Counted from the whole stretch's first letter, positions 11,611-24,385 are shown. The stretch is 48,734 nt of DNA, filler included, from Sphacelaria rigidula (GCA_964200075.2; 3 parts of 3 records of this genome joined end to end with filler, not necessarily neighbours in it); one strand, 5' to 3'. Translations and numbers: made by a program. Notes: generated by a model not told the origin, from the letters alone.

Positions 11611-13358
11611 TTGGGTATATGATGCATCTATTTTTGTTGGCGAAAACTTGAGCATCTTTTTCCATGATGAGGATCGGCGACGCAACTACGTGGTCGCGTG
11701 GGCGGCTGACTTGCGTACACGCTCATGGACATTGCAGGTACTATAAGGCTGCACGTTGCTCAAGTCACTTTCGCGTCGCATTGTAAGCAGAGAGAGTACA
11801 GATGATAGTCCTCCGCTGTCTGCACTGCACCTCACCAGCTTCTCTTTTGCACCCTTCCGTACGAAACACGTACACACGCACTCAGCCACACTGCTTGCAA
11901 ACAGTGCAAACAGTACAGCACTGTTGTCTGTACAGTGCTATTCATTTTCGATTATATGGAAGCTTTTGTGACGATGAGGTGTACGTTCTACTAGTTGAAG
12001 TCATGTTCAGCAGTTTCAATTATCTCGAGCTCAGGCAGGAGATCATCGTGGCAAGAGGGTTGGGCACTGCTAGCTTCAACAGCTCGCTTCACGGGCAATG
12101 CTCCACATGGGAGAAAGCTGCATGACGCACGAGATTCGTTACAGCACATGTCGCAAGCGTTTTTTGCTGAAAAGATGTCTGTATCCTCTACAACAGGGCG
12201 AAGTTGGTGCACGATTTTCTAGATGCGTGCCCCACTCTGTGCGCATCGGTCTTGAAACACACATCCTTGTCTGTTCTACATGAAATATGCTCATTTGCTG
12301 CTGTGTTCGACACTACGTGCCAAGCGCGGCGTTACGCCTTCGGCGATACTACCTGCTCACTGCACAGCGGCAGGGTGCAGGGTGACAAGGCACACCACAG
12401 GACGTCACATCCTTCGCCTATCCCTGTGCTGCATTGATTTCGCGCTGTCCTGTGCAGTTCGCCACATCATGAACGCAACCGCTTGTATCTGCGGTCAACG
12501 TGTACGCGGGGTATCACCCCGATCGCTCCGCCCTATATCGCTACGACACATTTTGTACATCTGTCCGTGTTGCAGCTACAGCGTGCGTTCGCCCCAGGTG
12601 GCGCACGCAGGAGTGGAAGGCCGCCTCCGCTGCTGTAATGGCTGCCTGTATCTTGGGCGAAGCTGCATATGGTAATACGGCCGCTATGGCGCGAAAGCCG
12701 CCTGTAGCATTTCACGCCCTGGAGATGTTTATACTGTTGTCTCGCAGTCTAGCGTTGCAGTTGCTGACTTCAAGTACCGTATAAAAATTGAAAAAATTAT
12801 AGTCGGCAACATATTTCATACTGTGCGCAGTACACTTTTATCACTTGTTCATACTGACGGTAGGAATCTGCCCAGGGTCTGGTATATTTCAACATACAGA
12901 ATAATACAGAATCTACCACATTTCCACATATAATCTGGCGCGGTGAGATCGTGGGAAAATCCACAACATGTGGGCGAACTGCAGGTGAGGCAATCGCCAC
13001 ATTTTTTACCTGCAAACTCTGCTCCAATGCACTGTACGTTGATATCGCTAGAAGTACACAACCATAACTACCTTGCCGGCTGTCAGACTGTCAGAACCTT
13101 AAATCCGCTAGCATTGCTACTGTCTGTACGGGGATGTTGCCCACTTGTCGAGTACGTGGGGAAGGGTCTATGGCAGAACGCAGCGGTCGCGTGAGAGAAG
13201 CTTAACCTTGACGTCTTGACTGTCGAGCTTTTCGGACCGGCGAACGTTCAGCCTAGATCCTCACATATATGGCGGGGCCTAGGTGGTGCTTCTTTTGTCG
13301 TTGTCTGCGAGTGTTCATCGCTATCTGGGCGAAGATTGACGATGAAGCCGGAAGGATC

Positions 13359-13630
13359 CGTGGCGGTCTGCGAGCCTGACCGAAATCGTACCTACTAAAA
13401 TCGTCATCAGACAGGAGGTGGTGAATAAAAATAGAAACGGGTGATAATGGTATCCACCGTTTCAATGTAGACCGGGCCATCAGCGCCTTGTGCAGCCACG
13501 GCTGCGGCTCCGACACCATGCTTTAGTACCAACCGACACATTCTCCAAGTTTCGGCGTCATCACAAGCGAGGTGCGGATTTTGTTGGCGTCTGACCTTAA
13601 AAAACACCGCCTCCATATATTTGAAAACGA
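13359..13630. repeat. 272-bp near-identical inverted repeat, left copy (partner 15910-16181)
   Basis: Reverse complement of 15910-16181 with only scattered mismatches. The ORF track shows near-identical peptides MVSEPQPWLHKALMAR... on opposite strands. Confidence 0.95.
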
Positions 13631-13732
13631 AAAACACGTGTACTTCAGGCAAACGAACAAGGACCGTTTCGCGATTTTTTATCGTCATTTTTCGATCGAA
13701 AGCTTGAAAATTCGCTTGGACTCAACTGAACC

Positions 13733-14057
13733 GGTCGCCCCGGTGGCTCAGTTGGTAACCTCGAAATCTTCTGACAGTTGAGTCGTGGGTTCAATTCTTG
13801 AAGCGATCTGGAATTTTTTCTCACGCCATGACCAGCAGCGGAGAGCGACTATGTCGTGGGTACACAAAATTTGACTCAACGGTCGACGAGGGAAAGGGAC
13901 TGCTCAACCCCTCTCGCGATAGAAAATAAAAAGCAAGCACCGCAGAAAAAGCTCCCGTGTTGACCTTCCTCCTGTGTGATCCCGGCTGATGCGCCAACAT
14001 ATACCGAAAGGTGTAGATCGGCGTCCAGAATAGATGAGACGACAAAACACACACACT
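13733..14057 (+). mobile_element. tRNA-derived SINE-like element
   Basis: The head has a Pol III A box (TGGCTCAGTTGG) and B box (GGTTCAATTC) but no good cloverleaf. A ~250-bp body ends in a (CA)n tail. Confidence 0.6.
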
Positions 14058-14153
14058 CAACTCGAGAAAAGCGAGCGTTTTTCACTCATCATTTCCACCG
14101 CCCGTTTTTTCGATGGGGAAAAAATGTGTGCTGAGACACCCCCTAACGGTTAG

Positions 14154-14251
14154 CCCCTAGGCGGCGAGGGTAGGTCATCTGTTGAATCGGCATCAATTTC
14201 ACACTAAAAAGGTGTGCATGATCCAGATGGACCACCCTCGCGGTCTGAGGG
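14154..14251. mobile_element. piggyBac-like ~98-bp MITE, diverged copy
   Basis: Shares CTGTTGAATCGGCATCAATTTCA and CTCGCGGTCTxAGGG with the 41525-41720 copies. CCC...GGG ends lie in a degenerate TTAA-like context. Confidence 0.65.
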
Positions 14252-14910
14252 TAAAAAGGAGCACGGGCAGAGTCCAAGGCTGTGTTTTACCACTACTTCA
14301 TTTTGGCAGAAAAGACGGTAGGTCGGTCCATTATTCTCTTTCATCGAAGTACGTTTTGGGTTGTTCGGTAGGACCCAAAGTGGTCGTTGTGGGCACACAG
14401 GATGTCTTGCCATGTCTTGCTTGCTTTTTTTTTTGCCTGCGGTGCAATACAACCGGCTCGGATGCGCTTTCTTTTTAATCCACAACAATTCATCTACGTC
14501 TGGGGAATCGAACCCGGCGTAGCCCCTCTTCTAGTTATGATGTGAATGCCAGTAGTACTACTTGAACTGCCCCGACCACTCGAATGTGGAGGGCCGTCAT
14601 TGACTCAGAGAGTTGCGGACCGACCTCTTCCGCGAAACTGCCAGAGGCGGTGTGACTGCAAACATATCCTTCCCCGTGGCGCAGTAAGCATAGAGAGTGG
14701 AGGAGCAACTTGTGTCACACAGCGTACAAAGATAAGTGCACTCTCCTTATGCCCACGAAGGAGGGAGTTCGCTCACATGAAGTGGGCACGGATCTGTCTA
14801 CGCTTGACAGGTGAGACAGAAACGATTCAGCCGCACAACTGCTGGACACTACTCGTACACATGGAGAGTAGCGTGAAAATAGAGCGGCCCCAAATCGGTC
14901 TCAAACACAC

Positions 14911-15255
14911 CTCAACCACGTCGCACCCCGCAAATGACCGATACCGCTCGGCCACTTCTAGCAGCATGCTATTTGCCTGCTCCCGCCGAGAACCGTGATC
15001 GCAAATAATCACGCCTATTCTCTCGTACTCGTTCCCGGTGGCTTCACTCTGGGCTGCCGCCGCCGCTGCTCCTGCTCGACGTTGACGGGAAGTTCGACAA
15101 GAGGTTGTTCTGCTAGCACGATGATTCGCGGGTTCAGTTTGTTGTGCTTCACATGATTGTCGTTGTGCACCGACTCGAAACGACGAAGGAACCAAGAACG
15201 CACAAGAGGGGCCAAACAAGGAAGCGCACGCCAGTAAAGACGACAGCAGTCTCAT
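14911..15255 (-). CDS. sirB: Sirohydrochlorin ferrochelatase (SirB/CbiX family), exon 1 of 2, with bipartite plastid-targeting presequence
   Basis: ATG at 15255. The exon reads MRLLSSLLACASLFGPSCA-FLVP (signal peptide with an ASAFAP-like cleavage site), then a Ser/Arg/Ala-rich transit peptide, then GVIICDHGSRREQANSMLLEVAERYR...DVVE (CbiX HGS motif). Phase-0 donor GAG|GTGTGT at 14911/14910. Confidence 0.92.
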
Positions 15256-15909
15256 AACGCCGCGATTGTACACTGTTATCTGTTGTACGCTACAGGGGTA
15301 CAGGATACCCCACGAAGCTAAATAAAACCGATCAGTTTTATTTCCTAGCACATTAGCCTCATCGTCCCGTCGTTCCGTCGTTCCGTGCGGCGCAATTGAT
15401 TATAAGCCGAATGTTAGAAAATGATACTTGTAACTGTCTCGTCCGGCACACAATAAACCGAAAGGCCTCTGGCGGTCTGTTTGTATCTGTAGAGTACTGT
15501 ACAGTCTACATTTTCGTCCACCTCTGTTATGGCTACGACAGGGGATCTCTTCACGTCGATTAGCAGCTACCGAAAGATGCATAAGGTGAGAGACTTCGTC
15601 GATAGGAGGAGTGGTTCAAATATGTGCTGCCTGTATGTACGAGTAGAGCGATCAAACCTGCGAGAAAATGTCGTGACTGATTTTTACTGCACGAGCACAC
15701 GAGAGTATCGTGATCCTGTTTTGTTGACGACTGCGTACGACCTTTCAAAGATCGCACGAAGTGTCTCCAAGAAGCACACAGAGTACGGGACGCTTCCCGC
15801 AATCATATGGAGCCTTGCACTCCCCGTTCGCTATGTGCAGTTACTATCGGAGGAATATCAGGAAAAGTCAACATCCTGACGATCGGTTGTGACAAAATAT
15901 CAGTGTTAC

Positions 15910-16181
15910 TCGTTTTCAATTATATGGAGACAGTGTTTTTTTAGATCAGACGCCAAGAAAATCCGCACCTCGCTCGTGATGACGCCGAAACTTGGAGAAT
16001 GTGTCGGTTGGTACTAAAGCATGGTGTCGGAGCCGCAGCCGTGGCTGCATAAGGCGCTGATGGCCCGGTTTGCATTGAAACGGTGGATACCATTATCACC
16101 CGTTTCTATTTTTATTCACCACCTCCTGTCTGATGACGATTTTAGTAGGTACGATTTCGGTCAGGCTCGCAGACCGCCACG
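15910..16181. repeat. 272-bp inverted repeat, right copy, truncated by an assembly gap
   Basis: Matches the reverse complement of 13359-13630 and runs directly into Ns at 16182. Confidence 0.95.
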
Positions 16182-16281
16182 NNNNNNNNNNNNNNNNNNN
16201 NNNNNNNNNNNNNNNNNNNNNNNNNTTAATTAATTAANNNNNNNNNNNNNNNNNNNNNNNNNNNNNNNNNNNNNNNNNNNN
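16182..16281. other. Assembly gap with artificial TTAATTAATTAA linker
   Basis: 100-nt N block with TTAATTAATTAA at 16226-16237; the same construct appears at 32460-32559. Confidence 0.95.
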
Positions 16282-19099
16282 TCCGTCCCGGCATTGTAGG
16301 GATGCGAGGTCAATGGTCTTATGACTATGGCATGCATGATCATGGGTACACCCCATGCCTCCCACTCCGACGGTCGAGTTCAGGCTGATTGTAATATCCA
16401 TAATTCACCTGAAAAGAGGTCGTTGAGGAGACCGTAAGCTCCAGGTGCATCCCTACCAACAAGCATGGCTTCCTGGGATTCCTCGTCTACAAATGCCACC
16501 TCCTGCCCGTGTAGTATGCGCGTATTGAAACGCATAGGTACATTGATTCATGAAGTGATTGGTTGTTCCGCAATAGCTATTTTGTGTGAATTCAGCCGCG
16601 ATCACGAGTTAAAATCGCTCAAGGTGAATAAACGGGTGTACTCGCTAATGTGTAAAATGGTGAGCACAATAGAAGGGAAACCGACGGCAGTTGCTTCGGC
16701 TGTCCAGTTGCTTCGAAGCACAGGGAATAGCAACGAAATGGATTGGCAAAGTCGACAGCTTCTAGAGATGAGGGTGCCTCACTTCCAGTCACGAAAAACC
16801 AATGTGTAGTCTCTGTTTTGCTGTCGCACGGCAAGATTCATCGTGGAACAAATGAGTTTGGCCGGTTGGGCGTAGACTGCAGCATGCAAGATTGCGTATT
16901 TCGTAAGTAATTAGTTTTCGCTCTAGCATATTTTAAGCTCTGGTACGAAGCCAGGAGCTGAGATATCATATTATCCGAAGTATTAAAAAGTCGAGGCCGA
17001 CTAGCACGCGCCCTGAAGCTGCACGATTTCATGATACCCAGGCGAACGTTCGAAACCGTTCCATACACTCGAGGCCGTTCTGCGCGCGTCATAATTAGCG
17101 TAACTGCATTCATCATTTTGCGGTAGACGGAAAGAAATCAATACTCCAACATATGGCTTTTTGTGATAGAATTTCAATTGATTTAATATACACATATCGC
17201 ACACAAAATAACACAAATTTCCTTCTTTCAGCAACGTTTCGTTCGCAAGTCTGAAAAACTGACGACAAAGTAAGAACCTCGGAGGCTTACATTTTCTGTC
17301 GCATGGCAGTAGCGCCGCCCTCAACAACACATCCGCAACCCTCAGACTGCGTAGAAAAAAAAACGACATTATTTTCTCCATGAGCGCCCGCACATAAAAA
17401 TGAAGCAAAAAACATCGTGTTAGCGTGCATGAAATAATGCATAATGACCGCTAACGTGCGCAGTTGCATTGTTGTAACACGAGGCGAGGCGAAGGGGGAG
17501 CTTCACGGTAGGCTCGTGCCTCGTGGTCAAGCGCTTGATTTCCCCGATAAAACGAAAAGTGCATGATATCTCACCCAGACAAGAGCAGTGAGTATCCCGA
17601 TCAGACGCGGGTCCTTCTCTATTCGCTTCAGGCGCGTGCGCAACAGCATGTCGAAAGCCCTGGGCCCCTGGATGATTAATTGGTTGATTTAATTGAGTGA
17701 TGCGTATTAACTGATGCCCCAGGGATCCAGCCGTGGTCACATCATAGACGTACCCGACATAAAATAAAACGGGAACACTCGCTGGAGGTGAGTAAAGAAA
17801 ACAAAGGGGGGGGGGGGGGGGCAGACACAAAGAGTAGACTCGAAATCAAACACGCACAAGCAGACAGACATGCAAAGCAAAGACCACAACATAATAGAAA
17901 CGGCCGACCTCTGCAGCATGGCTTCAGTCGGGATGTTATTATTCAAAAGCAATCACAAGGTATCTTTTCTCAAAATACATGCGTTTGTGTATGATGAACG
18001 ACGAACGTTTTCGGGACGCCTCTGGGGGGTACTTTGTTTCATGTAATTATCCGTGAATCCATGAAGTAAGCACCTGAGGGGGATAGGGATAGTCCGCGGA
18101 CATCCTATTTATGACCTGTCATGACATTTATTTCTTGATATCGTCCTGTGGACATGTGTCTCCCAATATCTCATACGTTGCTTGTCGGGGAATGATAATT
18201 TACACAGCTGCCCACGAAGAAGTCTCCGAGAAATTTGTCAATGGTTTGGACGTCTTGAAGAATCTATCTGAGCAGGCGTAGAACTTATCCAAATCAATAT
18301 TATACCCTTGTGAGTGCCTTCGAATGAACACCACTGTGTTCACACCGAGTCAGAGTACGCATGTCAAACAAGTGCGATCAAATCATAAAACTAGTACGGC
18401 ATGAAATCTTTCTCTCAGAGTTGATTGACAAGGCGATTTGTGTATATGGCGCTTGATAGACACTGACCCTGTGTTCCTTGGCGAAGAGAGCGACATTAGC
18501 TAGCGTCTCGTACGCGCAGCGACGTACGGCGCTGAGACGTGAAGTGATGCACCCGTTGATCAGCGATGCTACGTGTGGGTACTCCTTGCGTCCTTTAAGA
18601 GAAAAAAATAGCCGGAAAACATGCGACGAGAAAGATCAGCGCTGTCGCAATTCCTCTACTGTATCAGCATTTGATGACGGCGAGATGGATGATGAAAGTG
18701 TCGCACAGTTAAAAACCCTGCCGCGAACGAAAACCGAAATTGAAAGCACCAAAGAAGAGATCAGCACATGTTTGGACAACTTTACAGCGCAGCAGATCAG
18801 GAAGCGTGGGCGATGGTAATTCGGAATGATATTGGAAACCGTGTTCTACCTTAGCCTCAAAAATGTGCATGAGTGTGTGTGTGTGTGTGTTCACTTTCTA
18901 GACGATGACGGTTTCCCGGACCGAGGTATTCCTAAGCACCCCTGTGCAATCCTCGGCGAACTCAAGCGTTAGCAGCACTGTATTGATTGGCCAGACACCA
19001 AACACGCTGCACCATCGGTGGATAGCCCGTGCAGATTTCATGGTAATCGTATCCGTACAGCATCAGACCGTAACATTCCGGGGCTCTTCGTACTCCCTC

Positions 19100-22000
19100 A
19101 AGAATAACTCAACAATCTTCGCGCCGAATCGAGATAACACTCAACTTAATCATGCGTTCCACGAAATATATATTCGACCGCCTGTTAGGCCAAGGCAGCG
19201 TATATACATCGAACGCCACGCGGCAACAAACGCCTTGGGTATACCTGATCCAGATATACTTTCTCCCGAGCCTGTTAGGCGAGTATTGTACCTGTTTGTA
19301 ACGGAAACATAGTAGCTGGCTACATCGCTTCGCACGCACGGAAAGGTTCTGGGCCATGATATATGTTCCACTCTCCTCAATGTGCGATACGATCCCGAGC
19401 CGGCGTTTATGAACCCAACCCGGACCCTAGCATCGACTGTATCCTCGCCCAAGGCAGTAAAGTCCAGTGTGACGCCAGGATGTGGGATCTTGGCTTGCGA
19501 TCCTAGTGTACGGTGGTAAAGGTTACGTCTTGGATGTCGAATGTCACACGCGCGCAGCCAACGTTTTTTATCCAATTTAGAGATTCTGGGCCTGCTCGAC
19601 CGATTGATTGATCGGTCGACTAGTCGTTGTACAACACTGATCCCTTCCGAGTGTCGGGCACTGAGTTGTCCGCCTTGAATGACGTACCATTAGTGGCAGA
19701 CGTGTCCAAGGGTACCTGGTGGTATTGTTTCTTAGAGCTCTACATATAGTGCTCAGGTTTACATGATACAAAAGGCATGCCCTGGGAAGACAGATGCTTT
19801 ACCGCTCTTATTCATTCTGAGTTTTAGGGTATTTCTCCCTTATTTCATGTTTTTCAGATAGATATCGTTGGCTACTTATATTTTTCGTTGATGTTTTACT
19901 GAGCTTTGCACGCATGAGTACCTTGTGCACGACCTTCTCCGTGTTCAACAGTGGTCATCTCCACCAACAACTGAAAGCCAGGGACATCCCTATATCTGTG
20001 CGTAGGTCGACCATTCTCACACGAGGTTGCACTATCAGGTGCGTCCTCATCAATGTGCTATATTTTTCTTTGTGTAGATGGAGGTTTCCGCCCACATAAC
20101 TTCCAGGGTGACCACTGGATCGTCTTGACTCGCTGTGTACAGATTTGGACGAAACGCAACGTCTCAATTTTGTTTCGGCACCACGAAAAACAACGCGTCT
20201 CCCAGCTGCTTTCAGGTGTTTGTATTTTGATCAGGGGGTTATACCTAATCGATCCTACTATAGCTTCTATGCATTCAGGAGTAACCCCCCCCCCCCGCGC
20301 GCGCGCGCCTAACTTCATCATGGGTACCCTCACCGCATAGAATATTGATAAGTTTCTCCTGTCGAAGGGCTCCGTGCCCAATGATGACGACAGTACGCTC
20401 GTGTTTCATGAACAGCGCGTGCAGATGAATTTGCACCTCTTTTGCACTTCAAGGCGACAATTTATCTTGGGTACGTCTATCTGGTGACGACGACTAGAGT
20501 CCTCAGAGATCAGTGAGTGCGTGAAAGTTCACAGTCGACCAATAAAAAAATCAAACGGTGAAAAATTAAACAATCAAATCGTTAAACAACTATATATCCC
20601 GCCTCTCATCGCCGTCCCGAATCCTACCATGGATACACTCCCCTAAAGCACTATGTTTGGGGAGGAACCTACGCCTATGCGTTGATAAAGACACTATTAG
20701 TCCGTGTAGAGGGACCATGCTTACATTCCCCCCCATCCCCCGACCAAGTCTAGCCAGGGCACTGCACCCTCACCGCATAGAAGGTCGTTCAGCCCCTCCT
20801 CGGACATGGTGTTCGGGAAGGGCTCTACGCCCAGTGATGTTGACGACAAATCTGTGTAGAGAAACTGCACGCAGAGGTCGCTTTCCCCGCCTGTGAAGAG
20901 AGCTCTCGTGAAGTATTCAACTGCTCTCATCATGCCACCCACCTGAAGATACACCGAGCACGCGCGACAGGAGTCACAAAATCACACGCCTTTTGGCCTG
21001 CTGCAGAAAGCGGTGCTACGGTAGGGGAACACTAGTATTTACTGGTGTTGTAAATTGTTAGGGGCCCTCTTTTTCATTCAGAAAAAGAGTGGTGCAATAC
21101 GGGAGAGGACGCCACGAGTAGCATTCCAATGGAATATCCCGAACGAATTTGAAAACGGGAATGTCCTGACCCAGCCTCCATCCTCCAGTGTAGCTCCTGA
21201 CTTTAGCAACGCCTGAATGACAAAGATGTGCAGCCGCTGACGTGGTATGACTCCAGAGCTTCTCGTCGTTCGGCTGAACTTTCTCCTGTGAAGTGCTGCT
21301 ACCTACGTACAACAGAGCACCCTCTAAAAGCGTATGACCGCGGGCTAAAAACAGGTGAATGTTTGAAAATTGAATTCAGGTACATTTTCCCCCATAGCAG
21401 AGCAATGCTATGGTAGGGGTGCACGAATATTTTCTGAGGTTAGAGTTGTTAGGAGCCCTTTATCTCACTCAAAATACGACTTATGAAATATTTGAGAGTA
21501 CGCCAGGATTAATATTCCAATGTGCTAGCGATTTCCCGAATGAAATTGCAAACGGGGGTGCCCTGACCCATTTTCTTGTGCATTTAGAGTCGTTAGGAGC
21601 TCAACAACCAGACAAGATTTTGCGCAAAAGTTCACCCCTACCGTAGCATTGCTCAGCAAATGAGAAAGCAACAGTGATTCGGGTGTGCGGTGCGTTGCAT
21701 TTTTGTCTCCCACCTCCGCGGCCTGGTCCCGCATTGAAGGGTCACTTTGGACGTCGCAGTAGAAGCACAATCGAGACGCGCACACCTGAAGGATCTGACA
21801 GAAGCAATTCCGCCGGGAAGGAACCAGACACCGCCGTATGTGATGGTATCGAGAAGACGGATTTACTGCAACCGTTTCTTCCGCGCGATGTATCGGCAAA
21901 ATATTTTTCTACTCAACAGTGGCAACATTTATCACTTCTAAGGTTGACAAATATATACGCAAAAGACCGTTGTTAGTGCGTGCGAACGGTACAGCCGGAG

Positions 22001-22780
22001 TGGGATCTTCCTTACATCGTAATCGAAAAACCTAGGCATAACTTTTGACCAAGATTCTTCCAAGAGGTTTCCGCGGGATGACTTTTGAGAAGGATCTGTA
22101 TTGCCAGCGAAATCCTCATGCTCTCAGTTCGACCACGAAAAAACAGCCTGAACAACGACACAAGCGGGTAGTTGACACCAACTTCACCAGGTGAGCTATT
22201 ATTGTGATTTAATCTGTGTCCATATCCAACCTCTACCACGCTGGAGGACCCACGGCCTGGAAGGATGGGCTCGTACGTGTAGGGCCTACATGCCTGCGCG
22301 TTATTCGTCATGCGGCGGGTGTATTGCCCACACTCTCGCTTGCTCGTCAGGGTCATTGGAATCGTTGACGACAGCTTTCTCCTCGTGTTTCGTTTCGTCA
22401 TACTTCCAAGGCCTCCTCTCCCTTGGGACGAGCTGTGGTTCCAAGGGATCAACTCAACGTTCCACCGGTTCCTGCCTTGCACCCTGCTATCGAGAGCGGT
22501 ATCGGTACTCCTTCCAACCGCGTCGGCTCAACTCTGTAGTTTCTTTACTTCTCGGGTCTTCACTCCTTTAACAACGGAAATCACTTTCTCATCGAAAATA
22601 CCGTGTCTGTCAGGGTTCGAATCTCCAACTCCTTCGCCTGAGCTGGCTATCGGTGTACCACTAAGACCGAGGAGCGGTGGAACGGTACCCTCTTTTCCAG
22701 AGCGTTCTCTCGGCTTCAGCAGGGAACTCAATTCAGCTCATTCGCTCTACTCCGCACACTGTTTTTTTTCAATTCTACAG
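19100..22780 (-). mobile_element. Decayed Ty3/gypsy LTR retrotransposon internal region (RT-RNaseH-integrase order)
   Basis: Degenerate motifs read 5' to 3' on the minus strand. RT: LPIHRAEE..FCQI..GDKNAT (~21900-21690). RT C-terminal part: KC...FLARGH...EKVQ...VRSYTG (~21390-21185). RNase H: VYLQVGGMMRAVEYFTRAL (~20950). Integrase zinc finger: HSESRRSSGHPG (~20140). Integrase core: TTTSRPINQSVEQ (~19630). LTRs not identified. Confidence 0.55.
21400..21654. mobile_element. Sola2-like MITE (255 bp)
   Basis: TIRs GAGCAATGCTATGGTAGGGGTG / CACCCCTACCGTAGCATTGCTC with a 4-bp TSD AGCA (21396-21399 and 21655-21658). Inserted into the gypsy remnant. Confidence 0.85.
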
Positions 22781-22936
22781 GATTAAAATACGGTTCGGGT
22801 ACAAGAATTGAACCGCCAACTTCACACCAATGGACCGGTTGTCAAGATTTGTTTGAAACGATGACGGGGCACATGATTCATCGTGGTGAGTGAAACAGAC
22901 CCTAGGAAAGTAAACAGATAATAATTGCAACTTGAT

Positions 22937-23208
22937 TTGGTGTAAAGGTCCGACTATCACCATCAGGGTGGAGAGAACGGGGGTTCGATCCCCAACGCAT
23001 TGGGTTTTGTCTTCAAAATGTCTGATTTCCACGGGCGGAAGCGTGAGTACGGGAGTAAACAAAAAGTAGTTGACTGAGTTTTTCAGACGAGAGTTGACGC
23101 GGTGCGGAAGTGCTGACCCAATCCGCGAGACCAAAATACGAGGCGTGTACCGGGTAGAGATGGGTTGATCCCTTGAGATCACGGACTCGTCCGGAGGAAG
23201 GGGAGGGG
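22937..23208 (+). mobile_element. tRNA-headed SINE family, copy A
   Basis: A-box-like TGGTGTAAAGG and B box GGTTCGATCCC. The body motifs GTGCTGACCCAATCCGCGA and CCCTTGAGA are shared with three other copies. Confidence 0.7.
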
Positions 23209-23349
23209 TGCGAAGTGCAACAACCATGCGACAAGAAAACAAAAAATGGTAGATTGAATCAGTCGGTCAGATGTTTACTCAATGACGTTGATATATATAT
23301 ATCTATATATATATATTCACAGACACCACGTTCTTGCCTCACTCATAAT

Positions 23350-23640
23350 CCCTCCCCTTCCTCGGGTCCGTGGTCTCAAGGGGTCCGCTCATCCCCCCCC
23401 CGGTACACGCCGTGCATGTTGGCATCGCGGATTGGATCAGCACTACTCCCGCATCGCGTCGATGGTCGCCCAACAAACTCAATCAAACGTACTTTTTTTG
23501 CTACATACGTCTTGGTGTTTTTCAACGACGGAAACAAATATTTTCAAGAAAAACAAAATACTGGACACATCCAGGAGGAATCGAACCCGCGTTTTTCCCA
23601 ATCCCATTGTGTCAGCTGTATCATAAAACCACAGGGGCGC
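23350..23640 (-). mobile_element. tRNA-headed SINE family, copy B
   Basis: On the plus strand TCGCGGATTGGATCAGCAC and GGTCTCAAGGG; B box GGTTCGATTCC on the minus strand. Confidence 0.7.
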
Positions 23641-24385
23641 GAGGGACCTCTCGTGGTGTGTTATATTGGTAGATACTCCAAAATGAGCATTTGCTGTTTA
23701 CGTAAGGGTGCTAACTTATTCAGAAGCATAAAAAGACCTTTGCAGGATTCCCGTGGGTGAGAGCCACCATTGTTGATAGTAAGTCCTCGGCCACATCCAG
23801 GGGGCAACGGATGTCGAGGCTCATGTCCACGACCTCTGCAAGACCAGAAAAAAACAAGAGTTCACGAGTGTTTCAGTAAACGGCGAAACGAAGTCATTCT
23901 CGAGGCTATGCTCATAACCGGCGCATAATGTAAAGCGAGAAAACTCGTTTGCTGCGAAATCATTCGGCAGACAGACTTGTGACGTAAGCAAAGTCACCCG
24001 CGCTTTTAACTGCTCTATCGGCAGCGAGCGAGAGCTTCGATGTGTTTTACTATCCAGGAGATAAAATAGTCTGACCCGCGTGGGGCGCCTCATCATCCCA
24101 GCCTCTCCGGTTTGCTCTGAACCCCTATTGTTTTGTGTAGAACCATTCCATCTAGCCCGAACCGCAATAGCTCCTCGTTTCTCGGAAGGTTCCTGCCTCC
24201 GTGCCTTTAGCCGGGCTAGCGTGAAACATACTGAACCGCCCCACTTGCTACCATGCTCTCAGCGACATGCACCATGGGCTATGCACGACGCCTCACTTCA
24301 CCCCATACGACAAAACTCCACACTTCCCCATAAGCGTATAGCGGCTCATCCGCGAGCTCCTCCGCGCTAGAACTGCGTTGACAAT

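Larger units (their letters stand above)
8153..13640. mobile_element. Putative ~5.5-kb decayed TIR DNA transposon inside the sirB intron
   Basis: The left end (GTGTTGCTCCTCTTCAATGATATGGAGGCGTTATTTTTTTAAGATCAG, 8155-8202) is an imperfect reverse complement of the right end (CTGACCTTAAAAAACACCGCCTCCATATATTTGAAAACGAAAAACAC, 13591-13637). The interior has stop-riddled coding-like stretches. Superfamily not recognised. Confidence 0.5.

Noticed and set aside
13733..13810. Possible tRNA gene
   Set aside because: A and B boxes are present, but the acceptor and anticodon stems do not pair and a repeat body follows; it is better explained as a SINE head.
16226..16237. TTAATTAATTAA island within Ns (also 32504-32515)
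   Set aside because: Identical placement in the middle of both 100-nt gaps marks it as an artificial scaffolding linker with stops in all frames, not biology.
18478..18819. Acidic 113-aa ORF as a possible exon
   Set aside because: No partner exons or recognisable family were found.
23173..23760. 195-aa ORF
   Set aside because: It runs through the antisense strand of a SINE copy and an (AT)n tract, so it is non-coding.
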